From: Eledone cirrhosa
Lineage: Eukaryota
Assembly: GCA_964016885.1 (NCBI GenBank)
Contig: OZ024741.1
Location: 355,694,001-355,758,000, forward strand
Direction: 5' to 3'
DNA: 64,000 nt
Positions within the stretch are counted from its first letter, which is position 1. Every line of letters begins with the position of its first letter. This document shows positions 45,109 through 57,335 of the stretch, in pieces. Both the position numbers and the translations under genes were made by a program. The notes beneath the pieces were generated by a model, which saw only the letters and a list, made by a program, of their open reading frames with translations, made no database searches and had not been told where the DNA came from.

Positions 45109-47584
45109 TTGTCCATTATCCATATCACAATGGAAAAACAATACTTGGGAACTTCTTTAAAGAATATACCATTACCTTCTAAGGATGATTTCTTACTTCT
45201 TATGATACAAAAAACCAACCAATTTATCAGAAGAATCAGATGGAGGGCCTACCACTTCGATAAAAAAACAAAATGTACTGATAGGAAATATTTGTATGAT
45301 TTCACTACATATAAAAATCCACCACACAACTCCTTACTTGAAAACTTTGAGAAAGACCTTTTTAATTTAATCAAACACCTCAAATTTAAGAGGTATAAAT
45401 CTAATTTTCAAAAGGACCTTGATTCTACCCTATTGGACCTAAAAAAATCTAAAAAAATCCATGTCCACTCGGACAAAACTGGAAATCTATATCACATGGA
45501 TATTGAAAATTACAATGAGTTCATATATAAAGAACTCAGGAAAAATTATAGAAAAACAAATAATGCGTCACTTACCAACATCAACAACAAAACACACAGC
45601 ATAGTGAATAGACTTAATATTGAAGATAGAACTGAACCTTTGGCATTGAAAAGACCACACTTCAACCTGAAAGATCATAAATCTAACTTTAACTCTAATC
45701 CTTCTATAAGGCTTATATGCCCTTCCAAATCTGATATTGGAATAATTAGTAAAAAAAATTTAGATAGAGTCATCCCACAACTAAGAAAACATGTTAATTT
45801 ACCGCTCTGGGAAAACACATCCCAGGTAATTAACTGGTTTAATAATATTAGAAATAAATCCTCTGCTTCATTTCTACAATTTGATATAGATAATTATTCT
45901 TCTTCTATATCACCTATACTCGTGAACAAAGCCTGGATATTTGCTAAAAATAGATCTAACTTAACTTTGGATGACATTAATATTATTACACATGCTAGAC
46001 TAACACTATTGGAATTTCAGAATGACTACTGGACCAGAAACACATATAGTAATCTATTCGATATTACTATGGGCTCAAGCGATTCTGCCCAAATTACTGA
46101 TCTTGTGGGCCTCTTTCTTCTTTTTAACATAAATGCTTCTTTTCCCCACCTTAAAGGTGGTTTATATCGTGGCGACTGTCTTCTTCTTTCCAATAACCTT
46201 AGCCTCTCAGAGCGCGAAAAAAATAAAAAGCTTATTAGAACTTTCCTCAAAGACTATTATAGTCTAGATATTACATTTGAAAACACAAGTAAAGTAATTA
46301 ATTTCCTAGATATAATATTAGACTTATCTACGGGTATTTACCAACCTTACCATAAACCCAACCAAAATTTACACTACATACACTCACAATCTAATCACCC
46401 TAAATCTATCCTTAAAAACCTTGCATATAATATATCACTTAGAATTTCTAACCTTTCGTCTAACCAAGATGTATTTGATAAAAATGTGACCTTTTATAAC
46501 GAAGCTCTAGCTAGAAGTGGCCACAAAAATAGATTAGTATATATACCTTCTACCAATAACACTACAAACATACAACCTAATATTACCAACAAACACCAAA
46601 TGAAACATACACACCTAAATGCCACTCACACTATACCCCAAAACACCAACATAAAACCAAATTTCTCTAACTCTTCTAATATACAGTATAGTCACTCTCA
46701 AAAAACTACTCATCCTACAACTCTAATAAATGTTAATAATAAAACTCCTAATAAACAAGCTAAAACACCTAAATCAATAAATCTAACTAAAAATGTGTGT
46801 GGTGAGGTCATTAACAATAATTCTCTTAATAAACATCAGGATGCATCCTATAAAAACAATAAACAACATCGAAACCGTAATAGACGAGTTACTTGGTACA
46901 ATGCTCCATTTAATTTACAAATTAAGGATAATATACCTAAACAATTCTTTAATATCCTAGAGAAAAACTTCCCGCCAAACCACAAATACCATCAAATCTT
47001 AAATAGATCAACGGTTAAATTCTCCTACTCAGCAACCAAAAACATAAAACAAAATATAAGTGCCTATAATGCATATAAATGTAAAAAAAACCATGAGTAT
47101 ACCACCAGTACATCAAACTAACCATAATATCTCCTCAGATACAGGATTCACGAAAAGTTGTAACTGTAGAAACAAGGCAAATTGTCCATTAAAAGGAAAT
47201 TGCCTTGTTAATAACATAGTATATAAATGTAAAGTTAACACTAAGGACTCAATTTATTCATATATAGGAGCTACCTCTAACAAATTTAAGGTAAGATTTA
47301 ATACCCACAAACATAGTTTTAAAAATGCCGCACTAGCTAATACAACATCTCTAGCTGAAATAATAAATAGTTATAGAAAGAGGAATATAGAATATGACCT
47401 GACCTGGAGTGTGCTCAAAAGGGCCACCCCTTATCAAAATAGTAGAAACGAATGTAGATTATGTTCCCAAGAACTTTTTGAAATAATGAAATCTAAGGAT
47501 ATCCTATTAAATAAGCGACAGGAATTAATAATATCGTATAATCATAAACTGAGAAAAACCTTTAAATATTATAAACCTAATTAA
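45109..47584 (+). pseudogene. Naiad-type PLE RT + GIY-YIG ORF (element A, plus arm), frameshifted near 47090
   Basis: Near-identical to 41498-43972. An extra A in the poly-A run at ~47083-47090 splits it into ORFs 45109-47121 and 47060-47584. Also YRGD. Confidence 0.9.
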
Positions 47585-48063
47585 TATACACTTTAGAAAT
47601 TAATTTATAAATTATTTTTAATTTAGTTAACCTATAATTAATATTCTACTACTGATGAACTACATATTTCTGCTTTAAAAATTATAAACCTATAATTAAT
47701 ATTCTACTACTGATGAACTACATATTTCTGCTTTAAAAATTATATACCTAATTAATATACACTTTTGAAATTAATATATAAACTACTTTTAATTTAGTTA
47801 ACCTATAATTAATATTCTACTACTGATGAACTACATAATTTTGCTTTCCTTCTTACAAATATCATTTCCTAAAACTGATACCATTAAGTAAACATATATA
47901 ATGCTTTAACTTCAGGTTATGACTCTATGTTCCTTGAAAACTATATATATTTACTATTTCTCACTAATAAATTTAATCCCCTCCCCCAATAATTATATGT
48001 ATATGTAAGTCTATATATGTGTGTATATGTATGTGTATGTATGTATATATGCATGTATATATC

Positions 48064-48168
<105 letters not shown>

Positions 48169-48956
48169 ATGTATGTGTATATGTATATATATGTATATGT
48201 GTGTATGTGTGTGTATGTATGTGTATATGTATATATATGTATATGTGTGTATGTGTGTGTATGTATGTGTATATATATGTATATATATGTATATATATAA
48301 GTGTATATATATATATATATAATTTTTATATTCTTTTAATTTCCCCTCATCTTTAACAGCACTTTTCAACTGCATCTAACTCTTATTTATCATATCTATA
48401 TGTATTAGTATAATTTTATCAATATAAATATACCCATCAATTAAATTAATTTATATTCTTTTCACAGATGTATTTTTTTCACTAACATTCTTATCTTAAA
48501 ACTTTAGTCACCTTAGATATTTGTATTGGCATTACTATTTTATAACAGCAACTGCATGTATACCTTTTACTGACCACCTGACCTATTTTCACCCCTCAAA
48601 TAAGCTTCAATTACTACTATTTTACCATTTGGCCAATTATTAACTTTCTATTGGTCAATTCTAAACCTCTTACCAAACAGACAGAATATATTAGATCATT
48701 GTTGGTTTTATTCAATGAAAAAATAAAATTATTTCTGAGGTCAGCATAAGACCTATTTCTTCCCTAAAATAATCCTTCATTCATAATATTCTTTTCCATC
48801 CAAAACTGAAATCTACCTTCCTCTACCCATAATTTAAGGTTCTTCTACTACTATATTACTATCCTGACCCTCACTATCTCTCTATTGGTCAATTCAAAAC
48901 CTGTTCCCAAACAGACCTATTGTATTGAATCTTTGTTTTTTGTCAATAAACAAATA

Positions 48957-49098
48957 TCATTATTTCTGAAGACAGCATATATATGTGTAGGTATGTATAT
49001 TCCCTCTGATAGTTTGTATAAATATTGTACATAGATCTATAGAATATGCATACCAACTCTAACACATATATATCCTAGAAACGATCGTAAAATGATGA
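48957..49098 (+). ncRNA. Type I hammerhead ribozyme with ~105-nt stem II (PLE A); copies at 39707-39848 (-) and 44288-44429 (-)
   Basis: Stem I tcattattt/aaatgatga; CUGAAGA; stem II includes atatatatgtgt/acacatatatat and ggtatgtatattc/gaatatgcatacc; GAAA; palindromic acgatcgt; GUA triplet at 49087-49089. Confidence 0.75.
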
Positions 49099-49288
49099 AT
49101 TTTTTTAATATAAGGAACTGTTTCTTTGTTTATTCATTATTTTATTAATTTATCTTGACTCTGTTTTCCGTTTATTTTTCACCGAAAGTAGTTTTTGAAT
49201 GCATCTTCTCTTTTCATGATATCCGGATTACATTGAGTTCTTCATACGGATTGGACACTACCGTAAACTTTTGGTAGATTTATCTACA

Positions 49289-49344
<56 letters not shown>

Positions 49345-49346
<2 letters not shown>

Positions 49347-49830
49347 GAATATAAAAGAAAAACGAACACAGATATATAGATATGTGTTCAAATCGTAAGG
49401 GACCGGATTCGCTAAGGTGAAAAGAATACTAACTATAGACAATTGGGTTTGCTTGTCTCAATTTAAGGAAAAATTAAGAAAATAAATACAACTTGTCGTT
49501 GTTTCGCAATGTTAATTGTGAATAGAATTACTAATTCAAGCTCATCAGTGGGTGATAAATTAGTATCCTAGACACTTCTAAGTATATTAAGAAAATTAAA
49601 ATAGTGTGCCACTGATGAGCTTGAATTAGTAATTCTATTCACAATTAACATTGCGAAACAACAACAAGCTGTATTTATTTTCTTAATTTTTCCTTATATT
49701 GAGACAAGCAAACCCAATTGTCTATAGTTAGTATTCTTTTCACCTTAGCGAATCCGGTCCCTTACGATTTGAACACATATATGTATATGTCTGTGTTTGT
49801 TGTATTCTATTATAATATACGACTCGGAAA
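49345..49830. mobile_element. Fold-back PLE 3'-end remnant with hammerhead-like core in both arms
   Basis: 49345-49552 is inverted relative to 49609-49815. CUGAUGA-gc...gc-GAAACAAC-gacaa-GUUGUA is present, but no stem I is evident. TA-flanked. Confidence 0.7.
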
Positions 49831-49922
49831 TATATCTTTCTTAGAGCTATTTTGTTGTAAGAAACTATTTTGAGTTCCTAACTCAATATATACCTTTGAT
49901 ATATACCTTTGATATATACCTT

Positions 49923-50035
<113 letters not shown>

Positions 50036-51410
50036 TATATAGGAACCAGTAAGACCCCGACAGCTGAGCTCAAGCCGTTTCGACGGCTAATTCTGGACTA
50101 AATGAAAATTTATCCTGGTATTTAAATAGCCGATCTTCTCAAGGGGTAATTCCATATATGGTCAAAGTGATTGTCAAAAATCAGTAGTAATTCTGTGGTT
50201 GCAAATTAGTAGGGGAGATGGTGGCTAAACCTGCCAGTAGGAGAAAGAGGGGAGGGGGTGGAGTAGACCCAATCCAGCGTTGGTAGTGCCAGCTACAGCT
50301 GGGCATGAGGTCAAAGAAGATACAGGGGAGGGGGAGGGGGAGGAAGTCGGAACGGTAGGTAGAACAATGGGGGGTAGAAATAGGAAAGAAAAAGTACTGA
50401 GAGTGAAGAAAAGCAAATAAGTGTAAAGAAAAAAGTAAAGTAAATTAAATTCTACGACCTAGGTCTCAGGCTATTGTTAGGCTAGAATAAAATAAATAAA
50501 GAAAGAAAGAAGTAAAGAAATAAATAAATAAAGAAATAACGAAATAAGTAAAAGAACTAGGTGGGACGGAATAGGCAAGGACCCTTTTAAGAGGTATAAG
50601 TACGTAAATGATACGGTGACGGGTCAACAAAAGGGGCCAAAATACTAAAGAGACTACCACGAAATAAACAATAAAGGTTTCCATCGCGGGCCAGCAACGA
50701 CCCAGTGCAGCAAAGTGAACTTGTACGAGATAATAATTCTGAGTCCCGAGAAAAATATATACTAATGCTAACTCTAAAAGATCTAAAACAAGCTACATGA
50801 AAGTTCGTACGAAATAAAGGTAGAATACGGAGAAATAAATTCAGAATCCACCCCGCCCAGAAGAAAAGCGAAGCAAGAAATACTGAAACGAAAAAATAAG
50901 GCATAAGTGCCACTAAGAAATATAGAGGGCACCGAGAATAGTGGGAGCGGTCGGAAAAAGGGGGCAAGTATCCGGGGTCTAAGCCAACTGCTATAAAGAG
51001 CGGAGTCCGCCAAATCTATCATAGACTAGGGGAGGGGGTGGTGGGGGTACTTTCTTTCTTTCTTTATTTTATTCTAGCCTAACAATAGCCTGAGACCTAG
51101 GTCGTAGAATTTAATTTACTTTACTTTTTTCTTTACACTTATTTGCTTTTCTTCACTCTCAGTACTTTTTCTTTCCTATTTCTACCCCCCATTGTTCTAC
51201 CTACCGTTCCGACTTCCTCCCCCTCCCCCTCCCCTGTATCTTCTTTGACCTCATGCCCAGCTGTAGCTGGCACTACCAACGCTGGATTGGGTCTACTCCA
51301 CCCCTCCCCTCTTTCTCCTACTGGCAGGTTTAGCCACCATCTCCCCTACTAATTTGCAACCACAGAATTACTACTGATCTTTGACAATCACTTTGACCAT
51401 ATATGGAATT

Positions 51411-51504
51411 ACCCCTTGAGAAGATCGGCTATTTAAATACCAGGATAAATTTTCATTTAGTCCAGAATTAGCCGTCGAAACGGCTTGAGCTCAGCTGTCG
51501 GGGT
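51411..51504 (+). ncRNA. Type I hammerhead ribozyme, U3-A8 core variant (PLE B); copies at 54954-55047 (+) and 50054-50147 (-)
   Basis: Stem I acccc/ggggt; core UUGAGAA; stem II ga-t-cggcta...tagccg-tc; GAAA; stem III acggc/gctgt; GUC cleavage triplet at 51497-51499. Confidence 0.75.
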
Positions 51505-51689
51505 CTTACTGGTTCCTATTACCCACTCTACTACCTCAAGTATTGAGTACTTTGGTGCGTTATGGTCCACCTGGTTCCTTACCACATTTCCTTCGTTATC
51601 TAGCTCCTACTCCCGTAGTAGAGCACTTTCCGACCCTACCACGCCGTATCCAGACTTTTCCGCTAAGCTCAATTCATTTCACCCGCACC

Positions 51690-53855
51690 ATGCGAAAACA
51701 CAACATTGACTTCTCTACCAAGAACATCCCAATCCCACCGAAAAAACTTTACCTTCGGATGCTCACGCAAAAAATCGATCTATTTGCGAAAAGACTTAGA
51801 TGGAGAACTTTTTTCTATGACAGATATTGCGACAACCAAGACTTCGGCACCAAGGAGAGATTCGGATTTATTACCTACAAATCTCCGCCCCTGAACCCCT
51901 TGCTCGCACCCTTCGAGAATGACCTCTTCCAACTGGTCAAGAACATTAAATTTAAACCCAGACACAACCGATTCCTACAAAAACTCCGTAGCAACTTAAC
52001 AGAGTATGATAACACAAATGACATCATGGTGCATTCGGATAAAGCTGGGAACCTATACTTTGTCAACCCTGACAGATACCACACACTGATCAGGAGCAGC
52101 CTAAACTCCACCTATAAAAAGGCCAACCACTCTTGCATCGAGGACATAAATCGAGATGGACAACAAATCACCTCCAGCCTCGGGGTCGCCGACCGCACGG
52201 AACCTCTAGACCCACGGACACCATACTTCACACTGAAGGACCATAAATCCGATTTTGACCGTAAACCCTCTATCAGGCTTATTAACCCAACGAAGTCCGA
52301 CATAGGGAGAATCAGCAAAAAAATCCTAGACCGCGTGATACCAAAAGTCAAGCAACACACCCGACTTAGCCTATGGATCAACACCCAGGAAGTAATCTCC
52401 TGGTTCAGCAATATGGAGGATAAACGAGAAACTAAATTCATACAGTTCGACATAGAGAGCTACTATGCTTCAATCACCTTACCGCTACTTACTGCCGCCT
52501 TGGACTTCGCCGAAACACTTGTGCCCATCACCGACCAGGAAAGAAAAATCATCCTCCACGCCAGGAAGACAGTCTTACTCTTTGACGACTCTAAATGGAT
52601 AAAAAGAGCTCCCGACTCACCCTTCGACGTCAGCATGGGCGCCACGGATTCGGCGGAGGTCACAGATCTTATAGGATTATTCCTAATAGCCAAACTCACT
52701 GATATGTTTCCTGCATTCGGTGGTGGATTGTACCGTGATGATGGGCTCCTTACCCTTAAAGGGTACAACCCCAGTAGTACAGATCGGGTCCGGAAACAAT
52801 TAATCAGATTCTTCCGCGACTGGGGATTTAAAATAACCCTACAAACGTCCCCGACCCGAGTAAACTTCCTGGACGTGACCCTCGACCTCGAAAACGACCT
52901 GTACTACCCATACAGGAAACCTAATGACAATCTGCACTACATCCACCGCCGATCAAACCATCCTAGGAACATCACAAACAACCTGGTCAAAAACATCTCC
53001 CTCCGCATATCCCGTTTGTCAGCTAATGAGCGGATATTCGATGAACATGCGCCTTATTACAACCAGGCCCTCAAGCGGAGTGGTTTCCGGGAGGAAATAT
53101 CCTACTGTCCAGCTCCCATTAGCGGAACCAGCAGGAGACACCGCCGCTCACGCAATGTAACATGGTTCAATCTTCCCCACAACGCAGAGGTGACAACTCC
53201 CATCGGGAAACTATTATTTAGGCTCATTGAAAAACACTTCCCATTACAACACCGCTACCACAACATAATTAACAAAAATACCATCAAACTCTCTTACAGC
53301 ACTACACCAAACTTCGCACAAAACATCGTCTCCTCTAACAACAAAAAACTCAACCCCGATGGCAGAAATAACCTAAATAGCAGTGGAGAACCGACCAGGA
53401 GGTGTAACTGCCCGGATAGATCTATTTGCCCACTCGACAATAGATGCAGAGACCGTAATGTGATCTACCAGTGCAACGTGAGGACGGATACCTCCAACAA
53501 AGCCTATATAGGACTTACCGCATGTGACTTCAAGACCCGGCTATACCAACATAGACATACCTTCCGAAACCCGGCCCGGCGTCACGCCACTACACTTTCG
53601 TGCCACATATGGGACCTCAAGGACAACAACATCACCTATGATCTCACTTGGAGATTACTGTCCAGAGCCAATTCTTACACGGGAGGACGCCGTCCGTGCA
53701 ATTTATGCTCGGAGGAAACTTTACAAACGCTGTTTTCGACGGACCAACTCCTAAACAAGAAAGATGAACTGGTCACTGCATGTAAACATAGATTGCGTAG
53801 GACTTACCTCGCCCTCAAACCCCATAATGACCCGGGGGGGGGGGGGGTAGACTAG
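51690..53855 (+). CDS. Penelope-like (Naiad-type) RT + GIY-YIG endonuclease, apparently intact (element B)
   Basis: KNIPIP...RLRWR N-terminus, SDKAGN, QFDIESYY, SMGATDS, catalytic LYRDD, VNFLDV, YRKP, SNHP, CNC-x5-CPL-x3-C linker, VIY...YIG, FKTR, CxLC-xxE, LLNK. No stops or frameshifts. Confidence 0.93.
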   Translation: MRKHNIDFSTKNIPIPPKKLYLRMLTQKIDLFAKRLRWRTFFYDRYCDNQDFGTKERFGFITYKSPPLNPLLAPFENDLFQLVKNIKFKPRHNRFLQKLRSNLTEYDNTNDIMVHSDKAGNLYFVNPDRYHTLIRSSLNSTYKKANHSCIEDINRDGQQITSSLGVADRTEPLDPRTPYFTLKDHKSDFDRKPSIRLINPTKSDIGRISKKILDRVIPKVKQHTRLSLWINTQEVISWFSNMEDKRETKFIQFDIESYYASITLPLLTAALDFAETLVPITDQERKIILHARKTVLLFDDSKWIKRAPDSPFDVSMGATDSAEVTDLIGLFLIAKLTDMFPAFGGGLYRDDGLLTLKGYNPSSTDRVRKQLIRFFRDWGFKITLQTSPTRVNFLDVTLDLENDLYYPYRKPNDNLHYIHRRSNHPRNITNNLVKNISLRISRLSANERIFDEHAPYYNQALKRSGFREEISYCPAPISGTSRRHRRSRNVTWFNLPHNAEVTTPIGKLLFRLIEKHFPLQHRYHNIINKNTIKLSYSTTPNFAQNIVSSNNKKLNPDGRNNLNSSGEPTRRCNCPDRSICPLDNRCRDRNVIYQCNVRTDTSNKAYIGLTACDFKTRLYQHRHTFRNPARRHATTLSCHIWDLKDNNITYDLTWRLLSRANSYTGGRRPCNLCSEETLQTLFSTDQLLNKKDELVTACKHRLRRTYLALKPHNDPGGGGVD

Positions 53856-55138
53856 GGCTATAACACCCCACTTGCCGATTTTGCAATGGGTAACCCCTGC
53901 TTGCCAAGGAAGACGTAAGATCTTTGTATTCTTTTATCGCTTCCTTTATTTCCTTCCCCCCTCTCTCCTTAGTCCTTCTACTCCAGCTCTTCTCCTTTGT
54001 CGGCGTCTTTTCTCGCCCACCCGAGGCTGCCCTTTGGCCCCATGTAGCCTTAGTACCCCCACCACCCCTCCCCTAGTCTATGATAGATTTGGCGGACTCC
54101 GCTCTGTATAGCAGTTGGCTTAGACCCCGGATACTTGCCCCCTTTTTCCGACCGCTCCCACTATTCTCGGTGCCCTCTATATTTCTTAGTGGCACTTATG
54201 CCTTATTTTTTCGTTTCAGTATTTCTTGCTTCGCTTTTCTTCTGGGCGGGGTGGATTCTGAATTTATTTCTCCGTATTCTACCTTTATTTCGTACGAACT
54301 TTCATGTAGCTTGTTTTAGATCTTTTAGAGTTAGCATTAGTATATATTTTTCTCGGGACTCAGAATTATTATCTCGTACAAGTTCACTTTGCTGCACTGG
54401 GTCGTTGCTGGCCCGCGATGGAAACCTTTATTGTTTATTTCGTGGTAGTCTCTTTAGTATTTTGGCCCCTTTTGTTGACCCGTCACCGTATCATTTACGT
54501 ACTTATACCTCTTAAAAGGGTCCTTGCCTATTCCGTCCCACCTAGTTCTTTTACTTATTTCGTTATTTCTTTATTTATTTATTTCTTTACTTCTTTCTTT
54601 CTTTCTTTATTTTATTCTAGCCTAACAATAGCCTGAGACCTAGGTCGTAGAATTTAATTTACTTTACTTTTTTCTTTACACTTATTTGCTTTTCTTCACT
54701 CTCAGTACTTTTTCTTTCCTATTTCTACCCCCCATTGTTCTACCTACCGTTCCGACTTCCTCCCCCTCCCCCTCCCCTGTATCTTCTTTGACCTCATGCC
54801 CAGCTGTAGCTGGCACTACCAACGCTGGATTGGGTCTACTCCACCCCTCCCCTCTTTCTCCTACTGGCAGGTTTAGCCACCATCTCCCCTACTAATTTGC
54901 AACCACAGAATTACTACTGATTTTTGACAATCACTTTGATCATATATGGAATTACCCCTTGAGAAGATCGGCTATTTAAATACCAGGATAAATTTTCATT
55001 TAGTCCAGAATTAGCCGTCGAAACGGCTTGAGCTCAGCTGTCGGGGTCTTACTGGTTCCTATTACCCACTCTACTACCTCAAGTATTGAGTACTTTGGTG
55101 CGTTATGGTCCACCTGGTTCCTTACCACATTTCCTTCG

Positions 55139-55181
<43 letters not shown>

Positions 55182-55195
55182 CATACACACATACG

Positions 55196-55298
<103 letters not shown>

Positions 55299-55321
55299 GT
55301 ATATACATACACACACACATA

Positions 55322-55369
<48 letters not shown>

Positions 55370-55469
55370 CACATATAAATACACTCACACACATACATAC
55401 AAACACAAATATACAAGTGTATACATATACACACAAATACACATAGATATATATACATATATATACACA

Positions 55470-55960
55470 TGTTATCTCGGGCACCGAGGATTGCAAAAAA
55501 ACTTACATCGGCATGACCTCCAACAACTTTAAGACCCGTTGGTATGCCCATACCCACTCCTTCAGAAGACCGGATAAATCAAATCAGACAACACTCGCCT
55601 CCTACGTTTGGGACCTCAAAAGGAACTCCACCCCATTCACGCTTAAATGGAAAATACTCCAGAAAGCGCGCTCTTACAACGGAGGACACAAGGGCTGCGA
55701 CCTTTGTATTTCAGAGAGCTACGAAATTTTATTCGCCAAGGGCCGCTACTGAACAAACTCTCTGAACACTGCCCGAACTGCATGCACAAGAACTTTGCAA
55801 CTTCAAACACTTTAAGCCAGTGTTAAAGCCCGATAGCTAAAAACGACCTCCCCCTATTGGCCCCTATACCTCCTCCCCACCCTACCCCACCCCTCCTCAA
55901 CCTGAAATACGGCCACTATGGTTATGTGAGTACCTCTTTCGTATCTACATTTTCTGCCTG
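55470..55960 (+). mobile_element. Naiad-type PLE GIY-YIG fragment (element D)
   Basis: Translates [21 protein letters not shown]...WKIL...CDLCISE, then frameshifts to LLNK. Embedded between TA/CA/TG microsatellites. Confidence 0.85.
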
Positions 55961-55989
55961 TAGAGGTGTTTTTATGTGCCTGCGTATAT

Positions 55990-57331
<1,342 letters not shown>

Positions 57332-57335
<4 letters not shown>

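Larger units (their letters stand above)
50041..55140 (+). mobile_element. Naiad-type PLE B with inverted upstream arm, partial 5' pLTR, ORF and 3' pLTR, within (TA)n
   Basis: 50041-51050 is the reverse complement of ~54051-55060. 51051-51597 is a direct repeat of ~54591-55140. Long (TA)n tracts abut both ends. Confidence 0.92.
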
